In this document: positions 37,239-48,757 of the stretch, in pieces
Position numbering within the stretch: the first letter of the stretch is position 1
Layout of the letters: each line of letters opens with the position of its first letter
Assembly: GCA_047495785.1 (NCBI GenBank)
Contig: JBLDXI010000003.1
Coordinates: forward strand, 1,116,001 to 1,180,000
Direction of reading: 5' to 3'
Length of the DNA: 64,000 bases
Source: Lepidodermella squamata
Taxonomy: Eukaryota > Animalia > Gastrotricha
Made by a program: the position numbers and the translations under genes
The notes under the pieces: generated by a model
Told to the model about the DNA's origin: nothing
Databases searched by the model: none
What the model saw: the letters and a program-made list of their open reading frames with translations, nothing else

Positions 37239-40200
37239 CTAAATTGAATTATTAAGAAACCAAAACGAGTGTTTTGAAGCCATAGCGATGAGTTCAGAAT
37301 TCGACGCGTCGTCGCCTTCGTGCAGCCCCTTCGCAATCTCAATCATGCCGCCCGTGCCTCGCATCAACGGCGACACATACGAGCACTTTCTCACCAGGTT
37401 ATAATGCACCTCATTCAGGCCAGAAATCGCCTTCTCCAACGGCATCATCAACACATCAGACCCGTCCGACTTCAAATCTCGAACCGCCTGCGTTATCGCC
37501 GCATTGAACAACTCGCGTGGGACATTCTTATCACGACTCGGGCAGTCGATCATGATGGGATACGTCCATCTCATATGCCACGGCCGCGATAAGGGCAGCG
37601 GCTTTTCGAAAAACCACGGGAATAAAAAACTCAGCAGAATCATGACGTAGTACAGCATTTTAAGGTAGAGCGGAATTTCGACAATGCCCATTTTATCGCC
37701 TTCGCTCCAAACGTTAACAGCGACGAGATTCTCGCCCTGGCACGCCACGTAGACGCTCGAGTCGAACACCGTCGTCTGATCTTCAGGGTACATGAAAGAT
37801 TTCGAGTAGTGTTTATGTAGGAAAGCGCGCGATTGCTTCGCATCCAACTTCGACACGTTGTATTTCGAATTTTCCGCAGCAGAATTCGCCGCCGATTTGT
37901 CGAGCATTTTATTTGTATGCGAGATATTTATGCCGTAAAATCGCGCCTTCCAGAAGTAGTTGTAGCCGAGTTTTTCGAAAAGCCTCACGCTTGGTATGTT
38001 GTCGAGGGCGATCGAGTCGAAGACGAATTTGACGCCGTATTCGCTGCGCAGGCGCTGTTCCATGTCGACGATGAGTTTAGTCGCGACGCCCGTCCGCCGC
38101 TGGTCGAGGCCGACGCGCAGCGAGAACACCCAGCCGACTTTTTCGTAACGGCCGTCGGCGAACCGCACGGTTCGAACTACGCCGGACAGCGTGCCTACAG
38201 CTCTGCCATCCTAAGAGAAACACATACAATATTTTAAATAAAATAAAAATGGCTCTCCGAAAATTGAGACAAAATTAATCAAAAATACCGTTTAAAACAG
38301 GAACCGAGTCAAATTGAATTTTTCTCAATTTTTTCCTCGGATAAAAAAATTGGGTCAAGCTATTCGTACCAAACTATGTACGCGAAAATTGCTATTTTGG
38401 AGGATGAAACCGACGAAATGTGGCCAAAATTGTTGACGAGTTCAAGAAAATTCACAAGCCGGATATCTGTTTAGTTGACAAAAATCTAAAGCAGCTGAAA
38501 CTCTTGGAAAAAAATTTCGCCTGCATTGTTTTACTGTGCCTATGGCATGCCTCCAAGTATTTAAAAAATTTGATCGCTACCGCTAGTCAAAAATTCACTG
38601 TACGATCTGGTACTCCGCATGTCTGAACTATTTGAAATTTTTCATTTAAATTCTGATTTCTTGTATTTCTTATAGTGGACAGGCTGGATCAAGTCGGCAC
38701 TTGGGCCGGAAATGATTCCCTCGTGGCACTTAGCCATGTTCTTGGCGTAAACATTGACGTCTACCATGACAAGGTTGTTGACCACATGCACCCGCAAACC
38801 GGCAAGCGATGCAGGAAAAAGCTGTATTCCTTGCTCTACGTCAACGTGAACCACTACAAAGCACTTTCGAAGCGTTGACCTTGCACTGAATGCCTGAATA
38901 TCGAAATGTTCTGATACAATACAATAAAAATAATCTAATATTATCGTCATTGTTGATTCTGGCAATAATTCCGACACTTTATAAGCCTTTTCAAAACTAT
39001 GTACGAATAGCCATTCCGAAAGAAAATGAACAAAATTAAATAATCTAATCTATCAGAAAAATCGGGACAGCGAAAGCCAATTGGAAAAATATTTCTCCCG
39101 GAATTTCACTCATTTGAATTATTCTCTTCGCAAAAATGAGAATCGTAAAATTATTCGGAAAAATATTTATAAATTCAGTATTTTGGCCAAAAATCAAATA
39201 TTTGTCCTTCACTTTACAGCTATCTCAATTTTCAATAATTTTATGAACGGGTTCGAAATACATTTTTCGCCCAAATTTTCTGTTATTTTCGCGAACTGGT
39301 CATCATCAAGGGCTTCAATTAGTGTGGATCGCAAAAATAAACATATCGAAATTTGCTGTTGAAAAAAGTAAATTTGATTTTGAATAAAATGTGGCCCGAC
39401 ATTTGAGAACAAATAAATGAATAAATTTATTATCAATAGAAATCCCGCTGGGGCACGTGATTCGATGGCATAATAAAAACATATTTTTCATATTTCTATG
39501 TGCCGCGCTCGCGTTTCAAGCCTGCACACGTGCTCAGATTATACGATTTCGAAAAACACCAACCTGAGCTCGTTCATTTTCAAATACGGTTTCGCAAACG
39601 TTTACCGTATAAATTTGTATTTAAACGCTCGAAACCTTATTCCGATACCCACACGTCCGCATACCCACACCAAGAAGCCGTATTTGATTGCCACGGCTCG
39701 ACAATGAAGACTGTTATCAAGTCGACGTGCAATGTCGTGAACTTTTTAATTTTCGTAACTAAATCCTCTCATTTTTTAAATTCTGGTGTGGCTGATTTTT
39801 TGCCTCCCCACCTACGAACTCGACTAACCCAGAGCCTAAGAAATCGAAAAATGCGAAAAAAAATTCTGATTGCATTTATTGCTGGTTGAGTGAATCGAAA
39901 CAGACTTCGAAATCTTTATCTTTATAGATTTTTACATGTCTGAGCCACATCATGAGGCAACATGCCAAAGAGCATGCGTTTTTCAAAAGAAAAATGGCTA
40001 CGAGTACGATAAAAGTAAGGAACTTGTTCATTGCATTACCATTTGTAATGCTCGAAATTTCTAAATAATATCCCAATAATATTAATTCGTGTTAAATTAT
40101 CTCAAGGTCAACGAAACTATTTCTTGCTCTAAAAAACCTTTATCGTGGCTTCATTTTCTCAACTTTTATCAGTCCCCAAGTTTTTTTGGCATGAAACCTG

Positions 40201-40497
40201 CCACGAACTTGAAACGCGAGCTATACAACCCACCTTGGCAACGCGCCAAGAAAATAAATGAGAAGCAAAATTAAGTTGTATAACATTTCAACTCACATGA
40301 CTCTCGGCAATCGTGACAATGTGATTCGGAAATTTGAAAGCACGCGGTCGAGGATTTTTCGGGTCATCGGGGGCGAAGTGAAACCGAAGTATCGTACCCT
40401 GGGCACATTCTCGCTCTAACCGATCGATTTCGCCAAAATCTCGCACGTCATCAGGCCGGCACGGTCGAATCGTCACTTTATTACGATCCTCTTCCAT
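37239..40497 (-). CDS. HLS1-like GNAT, copy 4 (390 aa, two exons: 40297-40497, 37239-38210)
   Basis: Phase-0 junction ...IAESH|DGRAVGTL... (GTGAGT donor, TCTCTTAG acceptor). WVFSLRVGLDQRRTGVA. Ends FLNNSI. Confidence 0.87.
38420..38878 (+). mobile_element. Mutator-like transposase fragment followed by an OTU-like protease fragment
   Basis: CLVDKNLKQLKLL...LLCLWHASKYL (MULE DDE region). GTWAGNDSLVALSHVLGVNIDVY...LLYVNVNHYKAL (OTU C-terminal pattern). Confidence 0.6.
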
Positions 40498-42370
40498 AGA
40501 CTTGAGAAATTAGTTAAAAATCATTTAAAAATCTTTAAAATTGATAAAAAATAATAAATTGAATAAAATATTAATCAATTAAAAATTCGAATAATTCCCG
40601 TAAAATGGGAAGATTGATAAATAAAAATATGCGAAGTTCGAATTAGGATTCGTATTAGGAATGACTAATTCTATTTTTGACGATTTATATGGAGTGGTTA
40701 TAACAAAGTTGTGATAATTATTGTGATAATGATAAAAAAGGGCAAGCGAGTGCATTCGTAGTATAGTCCTAGAGACTGAAATGAATGCCCACCATAAGCA
40801 CAAAAAACGAGCACGTGCGCGTGGTGTGGTGTGCACGCGAGCGTAAAATACGCATTGAAAACGCTTTTTTTTGTTCTATGACAAGGCAGATAGACAGTAG
40901 ACAGGCTGCGATGATGACTTGCGCGGTGTCGAAAGCGGCCTAAAAATGGCCAACAATGTTACGATAGTGGTGTGTCACGGGCGCATGTTTCAGATAACAC
41001 GTGACTGGTCAGATGCATGCTCGCAACACTATTCTTAGAGGGGCTAGAAACGAGTTCACGAGTTCATAACGGACAGAATAAAATATTGAGAATAAATTAA
41101 TAAAAATTTAAGCTCTATCTCCGTAATTCTTTCGTCATTAATTTATTATAATTGATACGGATATTATAATGCAATTGATCCCAGGTCTTACTTTTAGCGG
41201 AACCAAATTTTGGAATTTTCAATCCATTTAAAATGAGCCTAAAACCATTTTTCGAACCTTTCAAGGATGGCATGATTGATCGGCATAATTTAAAATGAAT
41301 CATCTTCAAATTCTGTATAGGGCGCATTCTTCACTTCAGAATTCCTACATTGCCTTAATTGTTTAGAAATATTCGTAAAAGCGACCTTTGGCTTATCAAA
41401 AATTAGGTTCCACAACAGTCGCTTTGCTTCCACCAGAAGATATTCTGAAAATTCAATTACGAAAAAATATGATTTCTGCGAATCGAAGAGAAAAGTTCCA
41501 AAATAACCTCAATTTTTCTCGAATTTGCTCGCTTGCTCTGAAAAAAGGAAGAAAACGAGGGCATGTATCGTTGCCAAGTCCGGTTCCAGTTTGATATCTG
41601 CTATCAGCTGTAGTATACAAAGATTACGTGTTGCACTCGCATTATACAAAAAATGTCCCGGCCTGGTGTTTGGTTTCCAATGGCCTGAAAAAGCGGCTTA
41701 AAATTCGGAAAAATTTAGAATATTTTGAACCAATGCCAGGTGAAACTTAACAAAATTGCTGATTCTAGGCGGATTTCATTTGATTGTATCCCATTTTCAA
41801 TTATTTTTAAAGTTGACAGTATGGAATAGTTTAGTGGGGGTTTAAAAATAAAATCTGCATCGCAAGCAATTTCAGTTAAAATAAACATTAAGCACAAGAA
41901 ATAATAACAATAATAACAAGAAAGACAGTAACTTGGCCGGAAAACATTTCAAAGCGAAATTAGGTAGGATAGATAAATTCAAAGGTCGAATTTTATGGAC
42001 GGATTTTGTACAGAATATCTCAATCACATTTCTTTTTAAGCTGAGCTTTCAAATGATGTAATATCACCTGAATATATGGCTCATAAAAAATTGAATCAAT
42101 CAAATGAAAAGCTCAATTGATTGATCGAGCTGCCATGTTGAGGATTGAAATGAAAATCGAAATTTCGAGGTAACTGCAAAAATTTGAAAATACGACGATG
42201 AACAACAAAATTCTGAAAAAAGTAAATGCATACTGGCGGCCTTTTTGCTATTTTGAGTAAAAAAAATTAAGACTTTTCATTGTTTTATTTGAAATATCCG
42301 TTTCTTTACGCAAATCAAAAAATTCCAGTCAAGCTACTCAACTCTTCAACGAGATGAAATCGCGAAAATA

Positions 42371-43510
42371 TCAAACTTCTTTGCAGTCAAAAAACATGAA
42401 ATCTTGCTTCATGGCAAGAGACATTACATCCGAAGCATTTGCTCCAAGAGCTTTGACTAGCATGAAAAGACCCATTCCGCGTAAGACGGTAGTTGAAATG
42501 TACTTGGACTGCTCAATCACCTTACTAGACTCCAAATCAAGCCCTGACAACGCCGGCTCGCCATAAATCAACAAAACCTCAGCCTTGTCTACCAAATCGT
42601 TGACTATCGACGCTACCAAAAAATCGAAATACTCCTTTTTCAACGTTGTTTTTCGCCCATTTGAATCCTCGACCAAAAACGGGAGTACAGTACGAAGTCG
42701 CCAAGTGCTGCCGTAAGACAGCGGCCTCTCAAACCAACGCGGGAAAACCCAGTTCAAAACCGCAAAAATCCAGCGTTTCAGGCGGAATTTCCAAGGAACT
42801 CCTAGAACAATCATATTAATCGCGCCTTCATCCGCAACACAAGCCGATGCCGTTATGCCATCTTTAATCACCGAATAAACTGTACATCCCACCGGAAAAT
42901 CCATAGATGGAAGTAGAAATGATCCGAAAAACTTTTGCCTCACAAAATTTTCCGCTTGATCGGCTTCGATTTTGCGAAAATTGAAACCGAATTTTTCCGC
43001 AATTTGCACATTTTCCAGCACCAAATTTTTAACATGTTTGATATTCACCGGATGACACCGGGCCGAACTCGCGTGTTCATAGCCCAATTTGTTCATAAAA
43101 AGCCGATGTGATGGAAAATTGTCGATCGTAGCTGCGCCGTAGCAAAATTCAACTTGCCGTTCTTTCATTAAAAAATCCTCTAATTTCAGCACTAAAATCG
43201 TTGCTAAATTCGCTCGTCGAACTGAGGGTAGGACTCGTAGCGTATGAATCAGAGCCACATTGCCATATCTACCATTGCCTAAGTGGGCTGCTTTGACGCT
43301 ACCGGCCACACATGCGACAATTTCGCCGTTTTCTCGATTTTCAGCAAGTAGTATGAAGTTGTCGACGTATTTTTTGAAACGAGGTGGGTTAGGGGCGAGG
43401 CAAAATTGCATACCAGTGCCTTGGGCACACTTCAGTTCTAAACTGGCTAAACTCTCCATATCGGCGTTGTTAAAACGCATTGGGCGAATAACATATCGAT
43501 CATCGCCCAT
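42371..43510 (-). CDS. HLS1-like GNAT, copy 5 (379 aa)
   Basis: LELKCAQG, HTLRVLPSVRRANLA, DNFPS, FFDCKEV. Confidence 0.9.
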   Translation of the reverse strand: MGDDRYVIRPMRFNNADMESLASLELKCAQGTGMQFCLAPNPPRFKKYVDNFILLAENRENGEIVACVAGSVKAAHLGNGRYGNVALIHTLRVLPSVRRANLATILVLKLEDFLMKERQVEFCYGAATIDNFPSHRLFMNKLGYEHASSARCHPVNIKHVKNLVLENVQIAEKFGFNFRKIEADQAENFVRQKFFGSFLLPSMDFPVGCTVYSVIKDGITASACVADEGAINMIVLGVPWKFRLKRWIFAVLNWVFPRWFERPLSYGSTWRLRTVLPFLVEDSNGRKTTLKKEYFDFLVASIVNDLVDKAEVLLIYGEPALSGLDLESSKVIEQSKYISTTVLRGMGLFMLVKALGANASDVMSLAMKQDFMFFDCKEV

Positions 43511-43554
43511 TTTGAAATATAAAAGGCTTCCTGAATATATTCGAATAAAAACCC

Positions 43555-43620
43555 CTAAACAAAATTTAAAAAGTCATCAGGCCGACACGGGCGAATCGTC
43601 ACTTTACGATCCTCTTCCAT
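43555..43620 (-). pseudogene. Duplicated 5' stub of GNAT copy 4 (MEEDRKVTIRPCRPDD), a 21-aa upstream ORF before copy 5
   Basis: 43573-43623 matches 40447-40500 except for a 3-bp deletion and a few substitutions. Confidence 0.8.
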
Positions 43621-44491
43621 AGACACAAGAAACATAGGTCATTGGTAAAAAAAATCAGGAAAATTGAAAATGATAAATAAATAAGTCTATCAATCAATTT
43701 TAAATCTCAAATGAATTTAAATGAACTAAAAATCGAAGTTCGAAAATTAGCTCGTATTAGGAATGACTATTCATATGGAGTTGTTATAAAAGGAAGAAAA
43801 CCAAATCGTTGCCAATTCCTGTTCCAGTTTGATATCTGCTATCAGCTGTAAGCTGTAGTATACAAAGATTACATTTTGCACTCGCATTATACAAAAAACT
43901 GTCCCGGACTTGTGTTTGCTTTCAGATGGTCTGAAAAGGCGGCTTAAAATGCGGGAAAATATTTCTACTTTCCAACTTTCCAACTTTCCAACAATGCCAG
44001 GAAAAAATTTCCTAAATTGCTGAAATTATTCGGATTTCGTGAGTAAAAATGTATCAGATTTCCAATCATTTTTAAAGTTGGCAGTATGGGATAGTTTATT
44101 CTGGATTCAATAATAAAATCTGCATCGCAAGCAATTTCAGTTAAAATAAACATTTATCACAAGAAATATTAGTAATAATAACAAGAACGAGAGTAACTTG
44201 GCCGGAAATCTGTTTACAAGCTGCAAGTTTAAAACCGAAACGAAATGACGAGAATTTTTCAAATCAACGAACTTTCGAATTCTCTCATAATAATTTGAAA
44301 AAATAAGAGAATGAACCAACAAACTCCAAAAAATTACTCTCGGATTTTTAAGAGTCATTAGTTGAAAATCAATAATAAGTAGTTTTCATGGTTATTATAT
44401 ATGAAATGTCAATTTCTCTACGCAAACCAACGAATTTTCCAGCCGAGTTACTCAACTGGTTATTCTACAACGAAATAAAATCTCACACAAA

Positions 44492-45628
44492 TCAAACTTC
44501 TTTGCAGTCGAAAAATATGAAATCTTGCTTCATGAAAAGCGACAATAAATCGGAAGCATTTGCTCCAAGAGCTTTGACTAGCATGAAAAGACCCATTCCA
44601 CGGAAAAGGGTAGTTGAAATGTAACTAGACTGCTCAATCACCTTACTAGACTCCGAATCAAGCCCTGACAACGCCGGCTCGCCATAAATCATCAACACCT
44701 CAGCCTTGTCTACTAAATCGTTGACTATCGACGCTACCAAAAAATCGAAATACTCCTTTTTCAACGTTGATTTTCGCCCGTTTGAATCTTCGACTAGAAA
44801 CGGGAGTACATTGCGAAGTCGCCAGGTGCTGCCGTAAGACAACGGTCTCTCGAACCAGCGCGGGAAGAACCAATTCAAAACCGCTGAAATCCAGTCTTTC
44901 AGTCGAAATCGCCACGGAACCCCTAGAACAATCATATTTGTCGCTATATCCACAACACAAGCCGATGCCGTGATTCCATCTTTAATCACCGAATAAACTG
45001 TACATCTCACCGGAAAATCCAGAGATGGAAGTAGAAATGATCCGAAAAACTTTTGCCTCACAAAATTTTCCGCTTGATCGGCTTCGATTTTGCGAAAATT
45101 GAAACCGAATTTTTCCGCAATTTGCACATTTTCCAGCACCAAATTTTTAACATGCTTGATATTAACAGCATGGCACCGGGCCGAACTCGCGTGTTTATAG
45201 CCTAATTTGTTCATAAAAAGCCGCTGTGATGGAAAATTGTCGATCGAAGCTGCGCCGTAGCAGAATTCAACTCGCCGTTCTTTTAGTAAAAAATCCTCCA
45301 ATTTTAGCACTAAAATCGTTGCTAAATTCGCTCGTCGAACTGAGGGTAGGACTCGTAGCGTATGAATCAGAGCCACATTGCCATACCTGCCATTGCCTAA
45401 GTGGGCTGTTTTGACGCTACCGGCCACACATGCGACAATTTCGCCGTTTTCACGATTTTCCGCTAACAGTATGGTATTGTCGATGTATTTTTTGAAACGA
45501 GGTGGGTTAGGGGCGAGGCAAAATCGAATACCGGTGCCTTGGACGCACTTCAGTTCTAAACTGGCCATACTCTCCATATCGGCGCTGTTAAAACGCATTG
45601 GGCGAATAGCAAATCGATCATCGCCCAT
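44492..45628 (-). CDS. HLS1-like GNAT, copy 6 (378 aa), recent duplicate of copy 5
   Basis: Near-identical to copy 5; flanks are also homologous. Confidence 0.9.
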   Translation of the reverse strand: MGDDRFAIRPMRFNSADMESMASLELKCVQGTGIRFCLAPNPPRFKKYIDNTILLAENRENGEIVACVAGSVKTAHLGNGRYGNVALIHTLRVLPSVRRANLATILVLKLEDFLLKERRVEFCYGAASIDNFPSQRLFMNKLGYKHASSARCHAVNIKHVKNLVLENVQIAEKFGFNFRKIEADQAENFVRQKFFGSFLLPSLDFPVRCTVYSVIKDGITASACVVDIATNMIVLGVPWRFRLKDWISAVLNWFFPRWFERPLSYGSTWRLRNVLPFLVEDSNGRKSTLKKEYFDFLVASIVNDLVDKAEVLMIYGEPALSGLDSESSKVIEQSSYISTTLFRGMGLFMLVKALGANASDLLSLFMKQDFIFFDCKEV

Positions 45629-46034
45629 TTTGAAATATAAAATGCTACCTAAATCTTATATCTGAATAAACAATTCAGTCTCACCAAAATAAAAAAAAAC
45701 AAATTTGCAAAAAAATCAATTCGAGCAAATTTTCTTGCCATCTCAAAATGAAAAATATATATATATAATGGAAAAAATTAGAAAAATTCACTACTAATTT
45801 TTATTTCTTATCGATTAATAGGCTAAAAATATGATTTTAAGAATACATTTCAAAGATATTTCCACCAGATCTGTTTGGGTCCAATCGGCCATCTGAAGAA
45901 TAAACTACTTTTCCAAACAGTTTTTCTAGAAAACAGGAAATTAATTCAACAGTTATGTAAGAAAAATATATTCTCGTATTTTAAATGAGATAGAGTCTCG
46001 TAAAATATTCAAATATTCACAAGTTATTATGATA

Positions 46035-47180
46035 TCAGATTTCCTTCCCGTCCAGAAACCAAAAATGCTGATTTTTAGCAAAATTCTCCATTGCTTCGCG
46101 CTCCTTTTCATCGCTTGACAAGCTTTTCGCCATAACATAAAGCCCAATACCTTGGTACAAAGTCGGCGAAATCGATCGGTCCTGCGGTATCAGATCCGTA
46201 AATTCTTTCCTCAACCCAGTCATAGCTGGGTGAGCGTAAAATAGCAATATTTCAGCTTTTCCATTCAAATCTCTCACGATATTCGCCACCAAGCGTTTAA
46301 ACATCTCTTTCATGATCAATGGATGGCACCATTCCGCGAGAAGTGGAAAAACATTGCGGACTCGAAACGGCTTTTTATAGCATAGCGGCTTCTCGAAAAT
46401 ATCCGGCCAGAAAATGTTTAAAAAATCGAATAATATATTTTTCAGCCAATTCCGCCACGGAACTGCGATAACATTCCAAACAGTCGCCTGATCAGCTACA
46501 ACCGCCGATAATTTCGTGCGACTTCCAGCCACTGCCACGGAATAAACCGTCGACTGAATAGGAAATTCGCGAGATGACAACAAAAATGAACCGGCGAATT
46601 TTTCTTGAATAAAATTTTCCGATTCCGGGTATAGAATTTTTTCACTTTCAAACTCGGAATTCAAAGGGGGGAGCAATTTTGCCATATGGCCGATATTGAC
46701 TGCGGCTAACGGGGCAGTAAACATGTGTTTGTATTTCAGTCGACTTTGAAACGTTTTCTGCGATGGAATGTTTTCGGTTGACGTGCAAGAGTAGCAAAAC
46801 ATCACGCCTTTATCCCGTACAGCATTTTCAAGTTTCTCGACTAAACTCGATCCTAAATTAGCTCGACGGCATCGCGGTAAGACTCGTAGGGTGTTTACAA
46901 ACGCAACTTTGCCATATTCCGCAACTTTCCTGTAATCAGCCGGCGGTTTGATGATAGCCGTTCGAATAACGGCGCATACCGAGCCAACTATAAGCTGTGT
47001 TGCTTTTTCCTCGGCGAGTAAAACCAGGGTGTCGACGTATTTTGTGAATCGAGGCGGGTCGTGGTGGAAGCAAAAGCGAAGACTCACGCCCTGGGCACAT
47101 TCGCGTTCGAGATAGGCCAAAGATTCCAAATCCGCTGAATTCATCCTCAACGGGCGAATTTCGTACAGTTCTTCGGACAT
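46035..47180 (-). CDS. HLS1-like GNAT, copy 7 (381 aa)
   Basis: LERECAQG, NTLRVLPRCRRANLG, FLDGKEI. Confidence 0.9.
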   Translation of the reverse strand: MSEELYEIRPLRMNSADLESLAYLERECAQGVSLRFCFHHDPPRFTKYVDTLVLLAEEKATQLIVGSVCAVIRTAIIKPPADYRKVAEYGKVAFVNTLRVLPRCRRANLGSSLVEKLENAVRDKGVMFCYSCTSTENIPSQKTFQSRLKYKHMFTAPLAAVNIGHMAKLLPPLNSEFESEKILYPESENFIQEKFAGSFLLSSREFPIQSTVYSVAVAGSRTKLSAVVADQATVWNVIAVPWRNWLKNILFDFLNIFWPDIFEKPLCYKKPFRVRNVFPLLAEWCHPLIMKEMFKRLVANIVRDLNGKAEILLFYAHPAMTGLRKEFTDLIPQDRSISPTLYQGIGLYVMAKSLSSDEKEREAMENFAKNQHFWFLDGKEI

Positions 47181-47626
47181 TTTTTACCGAAAGAATTGAG
47201 TAAAAATGCTATTATCGGGATGAAAAAAAAATTAGGCTCAATTATTTTTGTTGAATTGATTATGAAGGGATAAATTATATCAACGCCACATAGAATTTCA
47301 CATGACGCCTAATTTTCGAGCCATTTTTTCGCCAATAGTAGCAAGAAAAAATGAAATTGCAAGCTGCTAAATATAATTAAATTCGAATAATTTTATATAA
47401 ATTTAATAAACATTTTAATTTCGAATTTTTTCGAATTTTTTATTAATTTCAAAGCAAATAATTATTTCAAATATCCCTGAATGAAACAATTTTCATCGTA
47501 GATTTTGGATGAAAATTTCAATTTTTGCTGGTTAAAATTCAAAATTTCATGCTCAAATTTCATGCTCAAAAATGGCTCAAAAATTGCTTTAAAATAGGCT
47601 ATTCAATCACTCTCCGTGGTAATGCA

Positions 47627-48757
47627 TCACAGTTCTTTGCCATCGATGAACCAAAACTTCTGACTAGCAACAAATCGCTCCATCTCATCGGCTTCAGCTC
47701 GGCTTTCCTTCAAGCTTTTGTACATCATAAACAGGCCAATCGTTCGAAACAGCGTCGGAGAAATGAACTTCGACCGGCTTAAAATTTCGCCAACTTCAGG
47801 ACCGAAGCCTGATATCATCTGATGGGTGTACACCATCAACACATCAGCCTTTCCATCCAAATCGCGGCTAATCAAAGCTAGAACCGCTTCGAAATAGTCC
47901 AAGGCTTGTTTTGGGTCCAAATTTTCTGCCAAAAACGGCATGACAATTCGCATTTTAAACGGTTTGTTGTAAGAAATTGGTCGCTCGAAAAATTTCGGGA
48001 AAAACCAATTTAACACCGAAAATAACCATCCCTTCACGCGTAATTTCCATGGAACAGCTAAAACAGTCCAAGTAGTCGGGACATTAGCAACTACGGCACT
48101 TAACCGAGCGCCATTTTTCGCAACCCGAAAAATCGTGGAATTCACCGGAAAATCTTGGGTTGGAAATGAAAATCGATCGCTCCAATTTTGGATCAGAAAT
48201 TTTTCCGATTCAGGATATTCGATTTTCGCAACTTGAAATCCGATGCTGTCGGGATTCGGCGAAATTCTAGCGATATGGCCGATATTTATCCCATTACACT
48301 GCGCCGTAAAAGAGTGTTTAAAATTCAATTTTTCGATAAATAATCTCTGCGAAGGGACATTATCCGACGACGCGGCTGCGTACAGAAAAGTCACGCCATT
48401 TTTACGCAGCTCAATTTCCAAATTTTGCAGCAATTTGAATGATAAATTCGCGCGGCGATGTTGCGGCAAAATGCGAACCGTATGAATTAAGGCGACTTTT
48501 TCGAAGCGCTGGTCCGATTTGCTGTTGAATAGCGCGTATTTCATGCTGCCGCAGACTACGCCAACCATCTGGCGAGTTTCGACCTCTTCGGCGACCAGGG
48601 CTACGGTGTCGTAGTATTTTTCATAGCGAGGCGGGTGACTAGGGTAGGCGAATTTGAGGCCGGTTCCTTGTACACAGTCGCGTTCTAACCGGCCCAGGGA
48701 TTCTAGATCGAAAGCATTTTTGAGGAAAGGCCGGATGCGATATGCAGATTTTTCCAT
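47627..48757 (-). CDS. HLS1-like GNAT, copy 8 (376 aa)
   Basis: RLERDCVQG, HTVRILPQHRRANLS, FIDGKEL. Confidence 0.9.
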   Translation of the reverse strand: MEKSAYRIRPFLKNAFDLESLGRLERDCVQGTGLKFAYPSHPPRYEKYYDTVALVAEEVETRQMVGVVCGSMKYALFNSKSDQRFEKVALIHTVRILPQHRRANLSFKLLQNLEIELRKNGVTFLYAAASSDNVPSQRLFIEKLNFKHSFTAQCNGINIGHIARISPNPDSIGFQVAKIEYPESEKFLIQNWSDRFSFPTQDFPVNSTIFRVAKNGARLSAVVANVPTTWTVLAVPWKLRVKGWLFSVLNWFFPKFFERPISYNKPFKMRIVMPFLAENLDPKQALDYFEAVLALISRDLDGKADVLMVYTHQMISGFGPEVGEILSRSKFISPTLFRTIGLFMMYKSLKESRAEADEMERFVASQKFWFIDGKEL

